A DNA stretch of 64,000 nucleotides, taken from an uncultured Actinomycetes bacterium (GTDB lineage Bacteria; Actinomycetota; Thermoleophilia; RBG-16-64-13). The stretch lies in assembly GCA_903873715.1 (NCBI GenBank), contig CAIQPS010000142.1, forward strand, positions 1,693 to 65,692. The letters run 5' to 3'. Positions 21,293-31,205 of this stretch are shown here, piece after piece; positions within the stretch are counted from its first letter, which is position 1, and every line of letters begins with the position of its first letter. A model generated the notes under the pieces. It was given only the letters and a program-made list of their open reading frames with translations. It did not search any database and was not told the origin of the DNA. A program made the position numbers and the translations under genes.

Positions 21293-22143
21293 TTCCTCAT
21301 CGAGCCCGCCAGCGCGATCACCTTGCTGGTCGAGGCCGGAGCCCCTTTCTCGAAATAGGCGACGGCACCCAGACCGACCGCGATGGTGCCCGTATACGCG
21401 GTGACCATCCTCATCACGACGGCCAGGCCGGGGATTGACCGGACCAAGAGCCTGCCGATGCCGCGCAGCCCGAAGCCCAGGCCGACCATGGCCGCGAGTT
21501 CGACGGCCCGCTCCTTGTCGACGGGTTGGCCGTACATGGCGGCGATCCGGAGGACCATCTTCGCTTGGTTGAGGGTCATGGCCGGCATGTCGGACCCCGG
21601 CATGAAGAACACCAGGGCTATGAAGACGTTCTGCATGGCGGTCTTGCTGATGAGCCTGCGCGCAGCTGCGCGGCGCACCACCTGATACCGCCGCCCCAGC
21701 GCGGTCCCCCGGTCCCCGGCGATCTCCGCGCACAGTGCGAACAGCCGGTCCCAGCCGGCCTCGCTGTCAGAGAAGGCCAGGCGGGTGATGCCGCTGGAGG
21801 TGAGACTCGCTTTGGGCCGGGTCCCCGGACCCTCGTCGACGGCGATGATCACCGACTTGCGGGATACGGTGCGCCCCAGGAAGGTCTCGACCTCTTCCTC
21901 CTGCTCGGGCGTGGTGAAGACCACCAGCAGCTCACCGGTCCCGGCCGCGAACGGCGCTGGCCCCCCGAACGCCTCCCGGGTGGCGACACCCGGGATGGTC
22001 CCGCCGGCGGCGAACTGCTCGCGCGCACGCTCGACGAGCGCCTGGTCGCCGGCCAGGGTCAGCGAGGCCGTCTCGTCAGAGGACGCGGCCGCCTCCCTGA
22101 GGGCGCCGAGGGTCTTGGTGAGGTTCAAAGGCAGCTTGGCCAC
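21289..22143 (-). CDS. Hypothetical protein with a DUF697/YcjF-like C-terminal helical region
   Basis: PGSDMPAMTLNQAKMVLRIAAMYG motif; SD GGAGG; stop overlaps the radical SAM start. Confidence 0.6.
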   Translation of the reverse strand: MAKLPLNLTKTLGALREAAASSDETASLTLAGDQALVERAREQFAAGGTIPGVATREAFGGPAPFAAGTGELLVVFTTPEQEEEVETFLGRTVSRKSVIIAVDEGPGTRPKASLTSSGITRLAFSDSEAGWDRLFALCAEIAGDRGTALGRRYQVVRRAAARRLISKTAMQNVFIALVFFMPGSDMPAMTLNQAKMVLRIAAMYGQPVDKERAVELAAMVGLGFGLRGIGRLLVRSIPGLAVVMRMVTAYTGTIAVGLGAVAYFEKGAPASTSKVIALAGSMRN

Positions 22144-22177
22144 TCCCGCCTCCCGAGATACAGGCGCCGGGAAGCCT

Positions 22178-23380
22178 CTAACGAGTCTGCCCGGCTACCG
22201 AATGAACGTGGATACTCTCCAGGATGCCGATCGCCATCAAGTTTACTACCAGCGAACTACTGCCGAAACTCATGAACGGCAGCGGGATACCGGTCACCGG
22301 CATGATGCCGATGGTCATCCCGATGTTCACGAACACCTCGAACACAAGCATCCCCGCGATACCGGTGGCTATCAGCCTGCCGTACATGTCGTCCGACAGG
22401 CGGGCTATGCGGAACGCGCGCCACACGACCACGGCGAACAAGCCTATCAACAGGATGCCGCCCATGAAGCCCAGCTCCTCGCCGACTACGGCGAAGATGA
22501 AGTCTGTGTGGTGTTCGGGCAGGAAGTTGAGGTGGGTCTGGGTGCCGTCCAGATACCCCTTGCCGGTGAACATGCCGCTGCCGATGGCGATCTTGCTCTG
22601 GGTCAACTGGTAGCCGGCGCCGGTGGGGTCTCGTTCCGGGTCCAGGAAGATGGTGAGACGTTGTAGCTGGTAGTCCTTGAGCACCTGTATGCCAAGGGCA
22701 GGCAGGATGCGCAATGCGAGCACGGCCGCGAACAAGCTGACCCCCGCCAGCGCTCCCAGATGCGGCAGACGGATCCCCCAGACCACCAGCATGCAGATGA
22801 GGATGGCACCGAACACCAGTGCGGTCCCCAGGTCCGGCTGCAGGAACACGAGCGCCGTCGGCACGAGCAGGTACACCACGCAGATGATCACGAACCGGAG
22901 CCGGTGCCGCAGCGCGGTCCCTTCGGCCAGCACCGCCGCCAACGAGATGATGAGCAGCAGTTTGGCCAACTCCGAGGTCTGCAGGCGGGTCACCCGGAGG
23001 TCGATCCACCGGTTGGCGCCCACCGTCGAGTTGCCCGCCCCGATGTGAGGTACCAGGGTCAGCACCAGGAGCAGGAGCGTGAACGCGTAGATGTAGGTGC
23101 GCCATCGCGAGACGCGCTTGTAGTTGATCACGCTGATCATCATGAGAAACGCGAAGCCGATCACCAGTCCGATGCCCTGGGAGCGCACGTAGAAGAACGG
23201 GGTGGAGATGTTGGTGTCTGCGTGGGTGGCCGAGTACAGCATCAGCAGCCCGTAGGTGACCAGGGAGAGGGTGGCGAGCAGCAGGATCCAGTCCATGCTG
23301 CGCAGGTAGGCGCCCAGCGAGAAGCCGAGCGGCTGTCGCCGTTCCCTGGCGTTCTGCAGCACTTTCACTGATGGGGCCAT
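22178..23380 (-). CDS. rodA: Rod shape-determining SEDS protein RodA
   Basis: Multi-TM; ANRWI, QPDLGT, GYQLTQS, PEHHTDFIF, GIPLPFMS. Confidence 0.95.
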   Translation of the reverse strand: MAPSVKVLQNARERRQPLGFSLGAYLRSMDWILLLATLSLVTYGLLMLYSATHADTNISTPFFYVRSQGIGLVIGFAFLMMISVINYKRVSRWRTYIYAFTLLLLVLTLVPHIGAGNSTVGANRWIDLRVTRLQTSELAKLLLIISLAAVLAEGTALRHRLRFVIICVVYLLVPTALVFLQPDLGTALVFGAILICMLVVWGIRLPHLGALAGVSLFAAVLALRILPALGIQVLKDYQLQRLTIFLDPERDPTGAGYQLTQSKIAIGSGMFTGKGYLDGTQTHLNFLPEHHTDFIFAVVGEELGFMGGILLIGLFAVVVWRAFRIARLSDDMYGRLIATGIAGMLVFEVFVNIGMTIGIMPVTGIPLPFMSFGSSSLVVNLMAIGILESIHVHSVAGQTR

Positions 23381-23390
23381 GTGCGTTCCG

Positions 23391-25289
23391 CTACTCGGTG
23401 GTGGGGATTATGATGCTGCTGCTGCCGGTATGGAAGTATGCCTCCAGGACCCGCCTCACGACCGGTGCGGCCACCGAACTACCGTGGCCGCCCTGCTCGA
23501 TGATGGCCACCACGGCGATCTCGGGTTTGTCGGCCGGCGCGTAGCCCATGAACAGGGCGTAGTCCTTCTCCGGGAGCTTCTGGGCGGTACCGGTCTTGCC
23601 CGCCACGGCGATGGGGAAGTTCTTGAACGCCCCGTAGGCGGTGCCACCCTCGGACGTCACGCCCAGCATGCCCTGGCGGACGATGTCGAGGATGTCCAGG
23701 CTGATGCCCAGTTCTCCCCGCTTCTCGCTCTCGAACTGGTGGATGCGGTTTCCCGAAGCGTCGGTGATGAGCCAGCCCAGATGAGGCACCCACAGAGTCC
23801 CGCCGTTCGCGATGGCCGACAGCGCGACCACCATCTGCATGGGCGTCACCAGGAGGTCGCCCTGCCCGATGGCCAGGTTGATCTCGTCCCCCGGTTTCCA
23901 TTTCTTGTCCTCGGCTGTCTTGCCGACCTCGAGTTTCCAGTACTTGTCGGGCACCCGGGAGCCGGTGGTCTCGCCCGGCAGGTCGATGCCCGTGGTCTGC
24001 CCGAAGCCGAACTTCCGCACCCCGTCCTGGAGCACCGGGCCGGACTGGGAATACAGCAGGTTGCCCACGTTGTAGAAGTACACGTCGCACGACTCGGCGA
24101 TGGCCTGGAGCAGGTTGACCGTGCCGTGGCCCTTCGCCTCCCAGTCCTTCCAGGTCTGGAAGTAGGCCTTGTAGGAGCCCTTGCAGTCGAAGGTGGTCTC
24201 CGGGGTGATGACGCCCGCGGCCAACGCGGCCGTGGCCACGAAAGGCTTGAACGTGGACCCCGCCGGATAGAGGCCGTCGATGACCCTGTCGTAGAGCGGG
24301 AAGTGGGCCTGCGGGGCCGTCAACTCCTTGTACTTGACCGACGCCATCCCGCCCACCCAGAGCGACGGGTCGTAGTCGGGGAACGAGGCCATAGCGAGGA
24401 TCTCCCCGTTGTTGGGGTCCATCGCCACGACGGCGCCGCCTGCGGCGCCGTTCGCCTGGGCCAACTGTATCCCCTCGACCAGGGCGTTCTCGGCGGCCTG
24501 CTGCAGGTCGCTGCTGATCGTCAGCCACAGGTTGCTCCCGGGCGTAGGGGCGAAGTCCTCGACCACCCGCTTGGGCCGGCCGGCGGCGTCCACTTCCACG
24601 GTCTTGTAGCCGTCGGTGCCGCGCAGGAAGCTGTCGTACTTGCGCTCGACGCCGTCCTTGCCGAGGGTGGCGCCTGGCGTCAGTGTGGAGAATTGCTCCT
24701 GGTCGAGATCGTTCTGGGAGGCCTCCCCCACGTAGCCGAGCAGATGGGTGGCGAAGGCGCCGAAAGGATACTGGCGTAGATAGGAGTTCTCCACCTGGAT
24801 CCCCTTGAACAACTCGCTGTGCTCCTTGATGTAGGCCACAGTCGGGTTCTCGGCCACGTCCTCCTTGACGACGTAGGTGACGTACGGGTCCTTCTTGGCC
24901 TTGGTATACGCGGCCATGAGCTCGGATGAGTCGAGGTTGAGCACCTTCGCCAGACCGTCGATCTCGGCAGTGAACTGCTCGGGTGCCTTCTTGGGGTCGT
25001 ACATGTCCATGGGCAGCAGACCGACGTCCAGACCGGCCCGGTTCTCCACGAGGATCTTGCCGTTCCGGTCGTAGATGACGCCTCGGGGGGCCTCCACCTT
25101 GACTTCGCGGATACGGTTGTCCTTGGCCACCTTCACGTAGGTGTCGCCCGACAGGACCTGCATGTACCACAGGCGGAACGCGATGACGCCGAACAGGACG
25201 AACGTCACGATGAGGAGCACGCCGATCCGCATGCCGATGAACGAGTCGTCCTCGGTGGAGCGCTTCTTCCTGATGGGTTCGAGGATCAT
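23391..25289 (-). CDS. mrdA: Penicillin-binding protein 2
   Basis: APRGVIYDRNG, GSTFK, SCD, KTGTAQ; lies between mreD and rodA. Confidence 0.95.
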   Translation of the reverse strand: MILEPIRKKRSTEDDSFIGMRIGVLLIVTFVLFGVIAFRLWYMQVLSGDTYVKVAKDNRIREVKVEAPRGVIYDRNGKILVENRAGLDVGLLPMDMYDPKKAPEQFTAEIDGLAKVLNLDSSELMAAYTKAKKDPYVTYVVKEDVAENPTVAYIKEHSELFKGIQVENSYLRQYPFGAFATHLLGYVGEASQNDLDQEQFSTLTPGATLGKDGVERKYDSFLRGTDGYKTVEVDAAGRPKRVVEDFAPTPGSNLWLTISSDLQQAAENALVEGIQLAQANGAAGGAVVAMDPNNGEILAMASFPDYDPSLWVGGMASVKYKELTAPQAHFPLYDRVIDGLYPAGSTFKPFVATAALAAGVITPETTFDCKGSYKAYFQTWKDWEAKGHGTVNLLQAIAESCDVYFYNVGNLLYSQSGPVLQDGVRKFGFGQTTGIDLPGETTGSRVPDKYWKLEVGKTAEDKKWKPGDEINLAIGQGDLLVTPMQMVVALSAIANGGTLWVPHLGWLITDASGNRIHQFESEKRGELGISLDILDIVRQGMLGVTSEGGTAYGAFKNFPIAVAGKTGTAQKLPEKDYALFMGYAPADKPEIAVVAIIEQGGHGSSVAAPVVRRVLEAYFHTGSSSIIIPTTE

Positions 25290-25825
25290 TCCTCGGCCCC
25301 GCCGAACTGAGCGGCCTCGACATGCCGCACGGGCAGCAGCCCGGTGCGGACGAACAACACGTAGAGCGGCGCCGTGATCAGGGCATCAAGGACCATCTCG
25401 GGGAGCATCTGGGTGCCGATCATGGTCAGGAAGCCCCCGCGCGGCCCCATGACGTACTGGAACAGACCGTACATGAACTGGGCCAGGAACGATGTGACCC
25501 CGGACAGCAACACCACGCTCCACGGCTTGGAGATGGCGAAGCGGGCCACGAAGACGCCCACGAGATAGCCCGCCAGGACGTATACCAGCGACCGCACGCC
25601 GAGGGGCGAGAAATAGGCGATGTCCGCGATGAGCCCGGCGAAGAAGCCGAACACCGCCGCCTCCAGCGACCCCCGGGAGACGGCGACGATCACCGTGAGG
25701 ATCAGGAACAGGTCGCCGGTGACCCCCAGGATGCTCACGTGCGAGACGACGATCACCTGCAGCAGCACCGCCACTACCAGCAGTGCCACCACCTTGGCCG
25801 CCATGATCAACTGGCTCCGGCCCAT
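25286..25825 (-). CDS. mreD: Rod shape-determining protein MreD
   Basis: Hydrophobic 5-6 TM protein with GFFAGLIAD; follows mreC. Confidence 0.88.
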   Translation of the reverse strand: MGRSQLIMAAKVVALLVVAVLLQVIVVSHVSILGVTGDLFLILTVIVAVSRGSLEAAVFGFFAGLIADIAYFSPLGVRSLVYVLAGYLVGVFVARFAISKPWSVVLLSGVTSFLAQFMYGLFQYVMGPRGGFLTMIGTQMLPEMVLDALITAPLYVLFVRTGLLPVRHVEAAQFGGAEE

Positions 25826-25832
25826 CAGCTCT

Positions 25833-26858
25833 CTACCCCTCGGTGGTGGTCGTGGTGCTCGAGGCCGGAGTGGTCGTGGTGGTCGTGCCGGATGCCGGGA
25901 CGGTCGTGGTGGTGGTGAGGCCGGCCGGCCACGTGGTGGTGGTGCTCCCGCCCGGCACGGTGGTCGTCGTGACACCGCCCAGGGTGTCGTCGGAGCCGGG
26001 CACTATCAGCACCATGACCTCCTCCAGGACGCGGAAGTCCAGGAAGGGCTGCACCTCGATGGCCTTGTAGCTGTTGACGTCCTCCTCGCCCACGTTCACG
26101 ACGATCCCGATGGGGATGTCGGGCGGGTAGATGCCGCCGCCGTAGCCGGATGTGACCACCACCAGCTTCGGGTCGACGCTGATGTCGCGGTCCACGTAGT
26201 CCATGATCACCCGGCCGGACACCGAGCCTTCCACGATGCCCTCCGCGCGCGACCCCTGGATCTTGGCGTACACGCTCGACTCGGAGTCGGTGATGAGTTG
26301 CACCTGGGCGGAATGGGCTGTCACCGACACGATCTTGCCCACCAGGCCTTTGCCGGCCAGCGCCTCACCCGCAACAGGCGTCGAACCGACCACCGCCATG
26401 TCGACGGCGAGGCCGTCGGCCGAGCCCTTGTCGATCTCCACCCAGGCCTGCCACTTGTTCGGAGACTTCGCTATCACCCTTGCGGCCACGAAGCCGGTCC
26501 CGTTGGGGAACGTCCCTTTGTCTTTGAGGTCGAGCAGGCTCTTGAGGCGTTCGTTCTCCTCGCTCTGCTCCTGGAGTTCGATGACCTTGCCCTGCAGCAC
26601 CTGCACCTCGCCGGCCAGACGCTCGGCGTCCTTGTGTGCGGCCCACAACGTGGTCAGCCAGTGATATCCGTCCTGGAACGGCTGGGCTATACGGTCACCC
26701 CAGGTCTGCATCGGGGCGAGCAGGCTCGCCGTGCCCCTCTGGATGGCATGGACCGGACCGGACTGGGTCTGCCGGAACGAGACTGTGAGTACCGCGAGCG
26801 ACGCGATGATCAAGACGACGAAAACGACTCGCCGCCAAGCCACCTTGTTGCGTGGCAT
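25833..26858 (-). CDS. mreC: Rod shape-determining protein MreC
   Basis: TM helix, ENERLKSLL, IDKGSADG, GLVGKI, VTSGYGG-YPPDIPIG; poly-Thr tail. Confidence 0.94.
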   Translation of the reverse strand: MPRNKVAWRRVVFVVLIIASLAVLTVSFRQTQSGPVHAIQRGTASLLAPMQTWGDRIAQPFQDGYHWLTTLWAAHKDAERLAGEVQVLQGKVIELQEQSEENERLKSLLDLKDKGTFPNGTGFVAARVIAKSPNKWQAWVEIDKGSADGLAVDMAVVGSTPVAGEALAGKGLVGKIVSVTAHSAQVQLITDSESSVYAKIQGSRAEGIVEGSVSGRVIMDYVDRDISVDPKLVVVTSGYGGGIYPPDIPIGIVVNVGEEDVNSYKAIEVQPFLDFRVLEEVMVLIVPGSDDTLGGVTTTTVPGGSTTTTWPAGLTTTTTVPASGTTTTTTPASSTTTTTEG

Positions 26859-26891
26859 GAACTACCTCGCTAACTCAGGGCCGATGGGCCT

Positions 26892-27935
26892 TTAGTAGCG
26901 GCGCTTCTTGACCCTCTGTGAACCCCGGTACAGAGTGTCGAACTCTTCCAATGACCGCCCGGATCCGACGGCCACGCACGTGAGCGGCGATTCAGCCAGG
27001 TTCACCGGCATCTGCGTCTCCTCACGCACCCGTTCGCACATCCCGCGCAGGAGGGAGCCTCCGCCCGCCATCATGATCCCGCGGTCCATGATGTCGGACG
27101 CCAGTTCCGGCGGGGTCTTGTCGAGGGTGGACTTGATGGCGTCGACGATGGCCGCCACCGGTTCGGCGATGGCCTCCCGGATCTCCTCGGAGGAGACCAC
27201 CAGGGTCTTCGGCAGGCCGGTGACCAGGTCGCGCCCGCGGATCTCGGCCTGCTCTTCGTGTTCGAGCGGGAAGGCCGAGCCGATCTCGAGCTTGAGTTCC
27301 TCAGCAGTCTGGCTGCCGATCATGAGCTTATATTCCTTCTTGATGTAGGCGATGATCGCCTCGTCCAACTCGTCCCCGCCGATCCTCACCGACTGGGCCA
27401 CGACGATGCCGGCCAACGAGATCACGGCCACCTCGCTCGTACCGCCACCGATATCCACGATCATGGAGCCGGTGGGCTCTCCGACCGGCAGACCGGCGCC
27501 GATGGCTGCCGCCATAGGCTCCTCGATGAGGTACGCCGCACGGGCGCCCGCACTGATGGTGGCCTCCTCCACGGCGCGTCGTTCCACGCCGGTGACCCCC
27601 GAGGGAACGCACACGACCACCCGCGGATGTGCCCAGCGGTTCTGGTGCACGCGCTGGATGAAGTGCCGCAGCATCTGCTCCGTCACGTCGAAGTCGGCGA
27701 TGACGCCGTCCTTGAGCGGGCGGATGGCGGAGATGGTGCCGGGTGTACGGCCCAGCATGCGTTTCGCGTCGGCTCCGACGGCGAGGACCTCGCCCGAGCG
27801 GCTGTCTATGGCTACCACGGACGGTTCGGAGAGGACGATGCCTCTCCCCCGTACATACACGAGAGTGGTGGCGGTGCCCAGGTCCACGGCCATGTCCCGA
27901 CCGGCGAACCCGGTGATGAACTCGGTGAAAGCTAT
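26892..27935 (-). CDS. mreB: Actin-like MreB (first ATG at 27893; probable ATA start at 27935)
   Basis: [44 protein letters not shown]. Confidence 0.97.
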   Translation of the reverse strand: MAFTEFITGFAGRDMAVDLGTATTLVYVRGRGIVLSEPSVVAIDSRSGEVLAVGADAKRMLGRTPGTISAIRPLKDGVIADFDVTEQMLRHFIQRVHQNRWAHPRVVVCVPSGVTGVERRAVEEATISAGARAAYLIEEPMAAAIGAGLPVGEPTGSMIVDIGGGTSEVAVISLAGIVVAQSVRIGGDELDEAIIAYIKKEYKLMIGSQTAEELKLEIGSAFPLEHEEQAEIRGRDLVTGLPKTLVVSSEEIREAIAEPVAAIVDAIKSTLDKTPPELASDIMDRGIMMAGGGSLLRGMCERVREETQMPVNLAESPLTCVAVGSGRSLEEFDTLYRGSQRVKKRRY

Positions 27936-28018
27936 GGCCCTACCTCCCTGACGCTATCGGGCCCCTGGAGCGTTGGCAGACCGCCGGACCACCGGCTGGC
28001 CACTCGGGGCGTCCGCGT

Positions 28019-28024
28019 ATTATA
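28019..28024 (-). promoter_or_regulatory. -10 element TATAAT for the mreBCD operon, overlapping the maf stop
   Basis: Perfect TATAAT in GC-rich DNA, about 85 nt upstream of the mreB start. Confidence 0.65.
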
Positions 28025-28721
28025 TCCACTGCCGCCGCATAAGGTCGAACCCGGCCTCCCGGAACAAGCGGGCAAGCAGGCACAGCGGCAGGCCCACCAC
28101 GTTGCTGTACTCTCCGCGCACCTCGGTGGCGAACATCCCCGCCAACCCCTGGATGCCGTAGGCGCCGGCCTTGTCCGTCCACTCACCGGAAGCCAGATAG
28201 GCCTCCACCTGAGCCGCGGACAACTCCCCGAAGGTCACGTCGGTCACCGCCGTGGCCACGATAAGACCGGTGGCGGCACCACCCATCTGCCCGGCACCGC
28301 CCGACGGCACGGTGGCGCCCGGCGCGCCCTCGGGCGCCCCGGGACTCCCCAGCCGCATCAACGCGACCCCGGAGACCACCTGGTGGGTCCTGCCCGACAG
28401 GGCCGTGATCATGTCCCGGGCGTCGTCCCGTGAGCCGGGCTTGCCCATCACCCGGTCGCCCAGGGTGACCAACGTGTCGGTCCCGAGGACGAAGGCGCCG
28501 AGCGGCACGCCGGCCGGCAGCGCCGCACCCCGCACCTTGGCGACCGCGTTCGTTGCGGCCAGCGTCACCGCCGTATCTCCGCTCATGACCTCGTCGGCCA
28601 CGGACCGCACGACCTCGTACGGCACCCCCATGTCGCGCAGCAGCGAATGCCGGCGCGGCGATTGCGACGCCAGGAAGAGCCTGAAATCAGGCGGGAACGG
28701 AGGCCGAAGGTCCACCGGCAT
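28020..28721 (-). CDS. maf: Maf family nucleotide pyrophosphatase
   Basis: LASQSPRR, GTDT, GKP, DKAGAYGIQG, NVVGLP. Confidence 0.95.
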   Translation of the reverse strand: MPVDLRPPFPPDFRLFLASQSPRRHSLLRDMGVPYEVVRSVADEVMSGDTAVTLAATNAVAKVRGAALPAGVPLGAFVLGTDTLVTLGDRVMGKPGSRDDARDMITALSGRTHQVVSGVALMRLGSPGAPEGAPGATVPSGGAGQMGGAATGLIVATAVTDVTFGELSAAQVEAYLASGEWTDKAGAYGIQGLAGMFATEVRGEYSNVVGLPLCLLARLFREAGFDLMRRQWI

Positions 28722-28759
28722 TTGACCGATTCGGCGGGATGCGCCTCGTGAGGCCCCGG

Positions 28760-29176
28760 CTACGCGATCAGTTCCTCGGGCGCGAAGAAGAGCCCTATCT
28801 CCCGTTCGGCGCTCTCGGGGCCGTCGGAGCTGTGCACGACGTTCTGCCCCATGTCCAGGGCGAAGTCGCCGCGGACGGTGCCGGGGGCGGCGTTGACGGG
28901 GTTGGTGGCGCCCATCATGGCGCGGACCACCTGGATCGCCGAGGGACCGGCGACGGCCATGGCGAACACCGGACCGGAGGTGATGAAGTCGACGAGGTCC
29001 TTGTAGAAGCCTTTGCCGACATGCTCGGCGTAATGCCGGCTCGCAAGGTCTTCGCTGACCATGAGCATCTTCGCAGCCTTGATCTCGAAGCCCCGGCGCT
29101 CCAGACGGGCCACGACCTCACCCACCAGACCACGAGCCACACCGTTAGGCTTGACCAGCACCAACGTACGTTCCAC
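28760..29176 (-). CDS. ndk: Nucleoside diphosphate kinase
   Basis: [24 protein letters not shown]. Confidence 0.96.
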   Translation of the reverse strand: MERTLVLVKPNGVARGLVGEVVARLERRGFEIKAAKMLMVSEDLASRHYAEHVGKGFYKDLVDFITSGPVFAMAVAGPSAIQVVRAMMGATNPVNAAPGTVRGDFALDMGQNVVHSSDGPESAEREIGLFFAPEELIA

Positions 29177-29242
29177 TACTTCCTCCCAGATACTAGGGCG
29201 CGCTTGAGCGCGCGTTGTTGAAAAGCGATGCTACTGGGCGCG

Positions 29243-29776
29243 CTACTGCTGCTGCGGCACCTGCTGCAGCTGCTGTGCCTCGGCGAGCCCGGGAGGGCTC
29301 TCGACCGGCGGTGCCACCCGCCGGGCCTTCAGGTCATGAGCGCAATACGGGCAGAGTTTCCAGCCCGGTTCCAAGACCCGGTCGCACGAAGGACAGGCGG
29401 TGCGCAGCGGCCTGCGGCAGCTGGGGCAGGCCAGGAAGTCCGGCCTGATGATCTCCCCGCAGGACGGGCACGCCCGCAACGTGTGCAACTCCTGCTCCAT
29501 GGCCCGCATCTCCAGTTCGCGCTCGCGCGCGTCGGCGAGATACTCCGCGGGGCGCAGGATGGCGTAGATGAGAGTGCCGATATACGGCAGGAGCAGCGAA
29601 CAGAGAACGGCCACTCCGACGATCACGGGATCGTCGACACGCTTGCGCGCATCCTTGAGAGTCCAGAAGACGAGCACCAACCACAGGACGACAGCGCAGA
29701 ACAGAAGTACGTAGACCGAGAGCATCCAGTACGGGGAACTGATGATCCTGTTGATGGTCTGGAAGAGGTTGTCCAC
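29243..29776 (-). CDS. Membrane protein with a double zinc ribbon
   Basis: Two TM helices then CPSC…CPSC…CPSC…CPYC. Confidence 0.85.
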   Translation of the reverse strand: MDNLFQTINRIISSPYWMLSVYVLLFCAVVLWLVLVFWTLKDARKRVDDPVIVGVAVLCSLLLPYIGTLIYAILRPAEYLADARERELEMRAMEQELHTLRACPSCGEIIRPDFLACPSCRRPLRTACPSCDRVLEPGWKLCPYCAHDLKARRVAPPVESPPGLAEAQQLQQVPQQQ

Positions 29777-29786
29777 CTGCTGCCCC

Positions 29787-29909
29787 CTAGATCAGGACCC
29801 GTGCAAGCACGTAGCCGAGCGTGAAGAATACTACCACCACGATCGCCACAAGCAGCGCGACGACGAACGCCCCATGGCTCGCTCCACCGGCTCTCCGGCG
29901 GGCCGCCAT
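29787..29909 (-). CDS. Small 40-aa single-TM protein (not in the ORF track)
   Basis: MAARRRAGGASHGAFVVALLVAIVVVVFFTLGYVLARVLI*; fills the folC to zinc-ribbon gap exactly. Confidence 0.7.
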   Translation of the reverse strand: MAARRRAGGASHGAFVVALLVAIVVVVFFTLGYVLARVLI

Positions 29910-29912
29910 GAC

Positions 29913-31205
29913 CTAGTTCATCCCCCGCTTCAAGTCCGAGATGAGGGTCAGAGACCCGGTCACCAGGACCACCTGGTTCGATGTGGCCAACCGGTACGCG
30001 CTCACCATCGCCGAATGGGGATCGGGGTCCACGAAGACCTCGGTGTCCTTGTCGACCTCGCCGATGAGGGCCGCGAGTTCGTCGGCTGTATGAGCCCGCG
30101 AACTCGTGGTCTGGGTGGCGAAGATGATGTCGCAACGCGGAGCCAGGTGGCGGATCATCTCGGCTGCGTCCTTGTCACGGAGTATCGATACGACGGCGAT
30201 GAGACGCCGCCGCTCGAGGATAGGATCCAAGGAGCGCATGGTCTCTTCCATCCCGGGCGGGTTGTGCGACCCGTCGAAGATGCAGAGAGGCTGCGTGCTG
30301 ATGACTTCGAGGCGCCCCGGGGCCGCCGTGGAGGCCAGGGCCTGCCGGACGAGCTCCCCGTCCAGCTCCCCTCCCGTGAACAGTTCCACCGCTGCCACGG
30401 ACACCGCCGCGTTGACGCGCTGGTATCCGCCCAGCACCTTCAGCTTGACGTCCATGTAGCAGCCGTAGAGGCCGAAGATGTCGAAGGATTCGCCCCGCGG
30501 ATCGGCGAGGATCACGATGTCGTCACCGAAGAAATGGCTCTCCGCATCCCGGGCGGCGCAGAACTGCTTGAGTTCCTCCTTGAGATCGGAGGCCAGCACC
30601 CCGGCCACCACCTTGCCGTGCGGCGGGATGATCGCCTGCTTCTCCTTGAGGATCGCCAGAGGCGTGTCGCCCAGGAGCTCCGTGTGCTCCAGGCCGATGC
30701 TCGTGAGCACCTGCACCTCGGATTCGATGACGGCGGTGGCGTCCAGCCGCCCCCCCAGGCCCGCCTCGATGACGGCCACGTCGCAGCCCTGCTCCTTGAA
30801 GTACAGGAAGGCCGCGGCGGTCAGGACCTCGAACTGGGTCAGCATCTCGTCGGGGGCGAACCCTTTCTCGAGCTCCTCCACAATCGGCCGGATGCGGTGC
30901 ACCAGGTCACAGAAGTCCTCGTCGCTCGACGGGATGGAGTCGACCATCTGCCGTTCGGCCAGGCTCACCAGATGGGGAGACGTGTACGCGCCCACCTTAT
31001 GCCCTTGGGCCTGCAGTAGCGTGGAGATGAAACGAGTGGTGGACGTCTTCCCGTTGGTCCCGACGACGTGGATGCAGCGGTACGACTTGTGCGGAGACCC
31101 GAGGGCCTCCACGAGCTTCTGCATGCGCTCGAGGCCTAGACGAGTGCCGAGGCGCTCGAGGCTGTTGACGTACTCCCAGACCGCGTTGACGTCGCAACTG
31201 CCCAC
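29913..31205 (-). CDS. folC: Folylpolyglutamate/dihydrofolate synthase
   Basis: HVVGTNGKTS, YTSPHL, EAGLGGRLDAT, PGRLE, DGSHN, TGSL; GTG overlaps the valS stop. Confidence 0.96.
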   Translation of the reverse strand: MGSCDVNAVWEYVNSLERLGTRLGLERMQKLVEALGSPHKSYRCIHVVGTNGKTSTTRFISTLLQAQGHKVGAYTSPHLVSLAERQMVDSIPSSDEDFCDLVHRIRPIVEELEKGFAPDEMLTQFEVLTAAAFLYFKEQGCDVAVIEAGLGGRLDATAVIESEVQVLTSIGLEHTELLGDTPLAILKEKQAIIPPHGKVVAGVLASDLKEELKQFCAARDAESHFFGDDIVILADPRGESFDIFGLYGCYMDVKLKVLGGYQRVNAAVSVAAVELFTGGELDGELVRQALASTAAPGRLEVISTQPLCIFDGSHNPPGMEETMRSLDPILERRRLIAVVSILRDKDAAEMIRHLAPRCDIIFATQTTSSRAHTADELAALIGEVDKDTEVFVDPDPHSAMVSAYRLATSNQVVLVTGSLTLISDLKRGMN

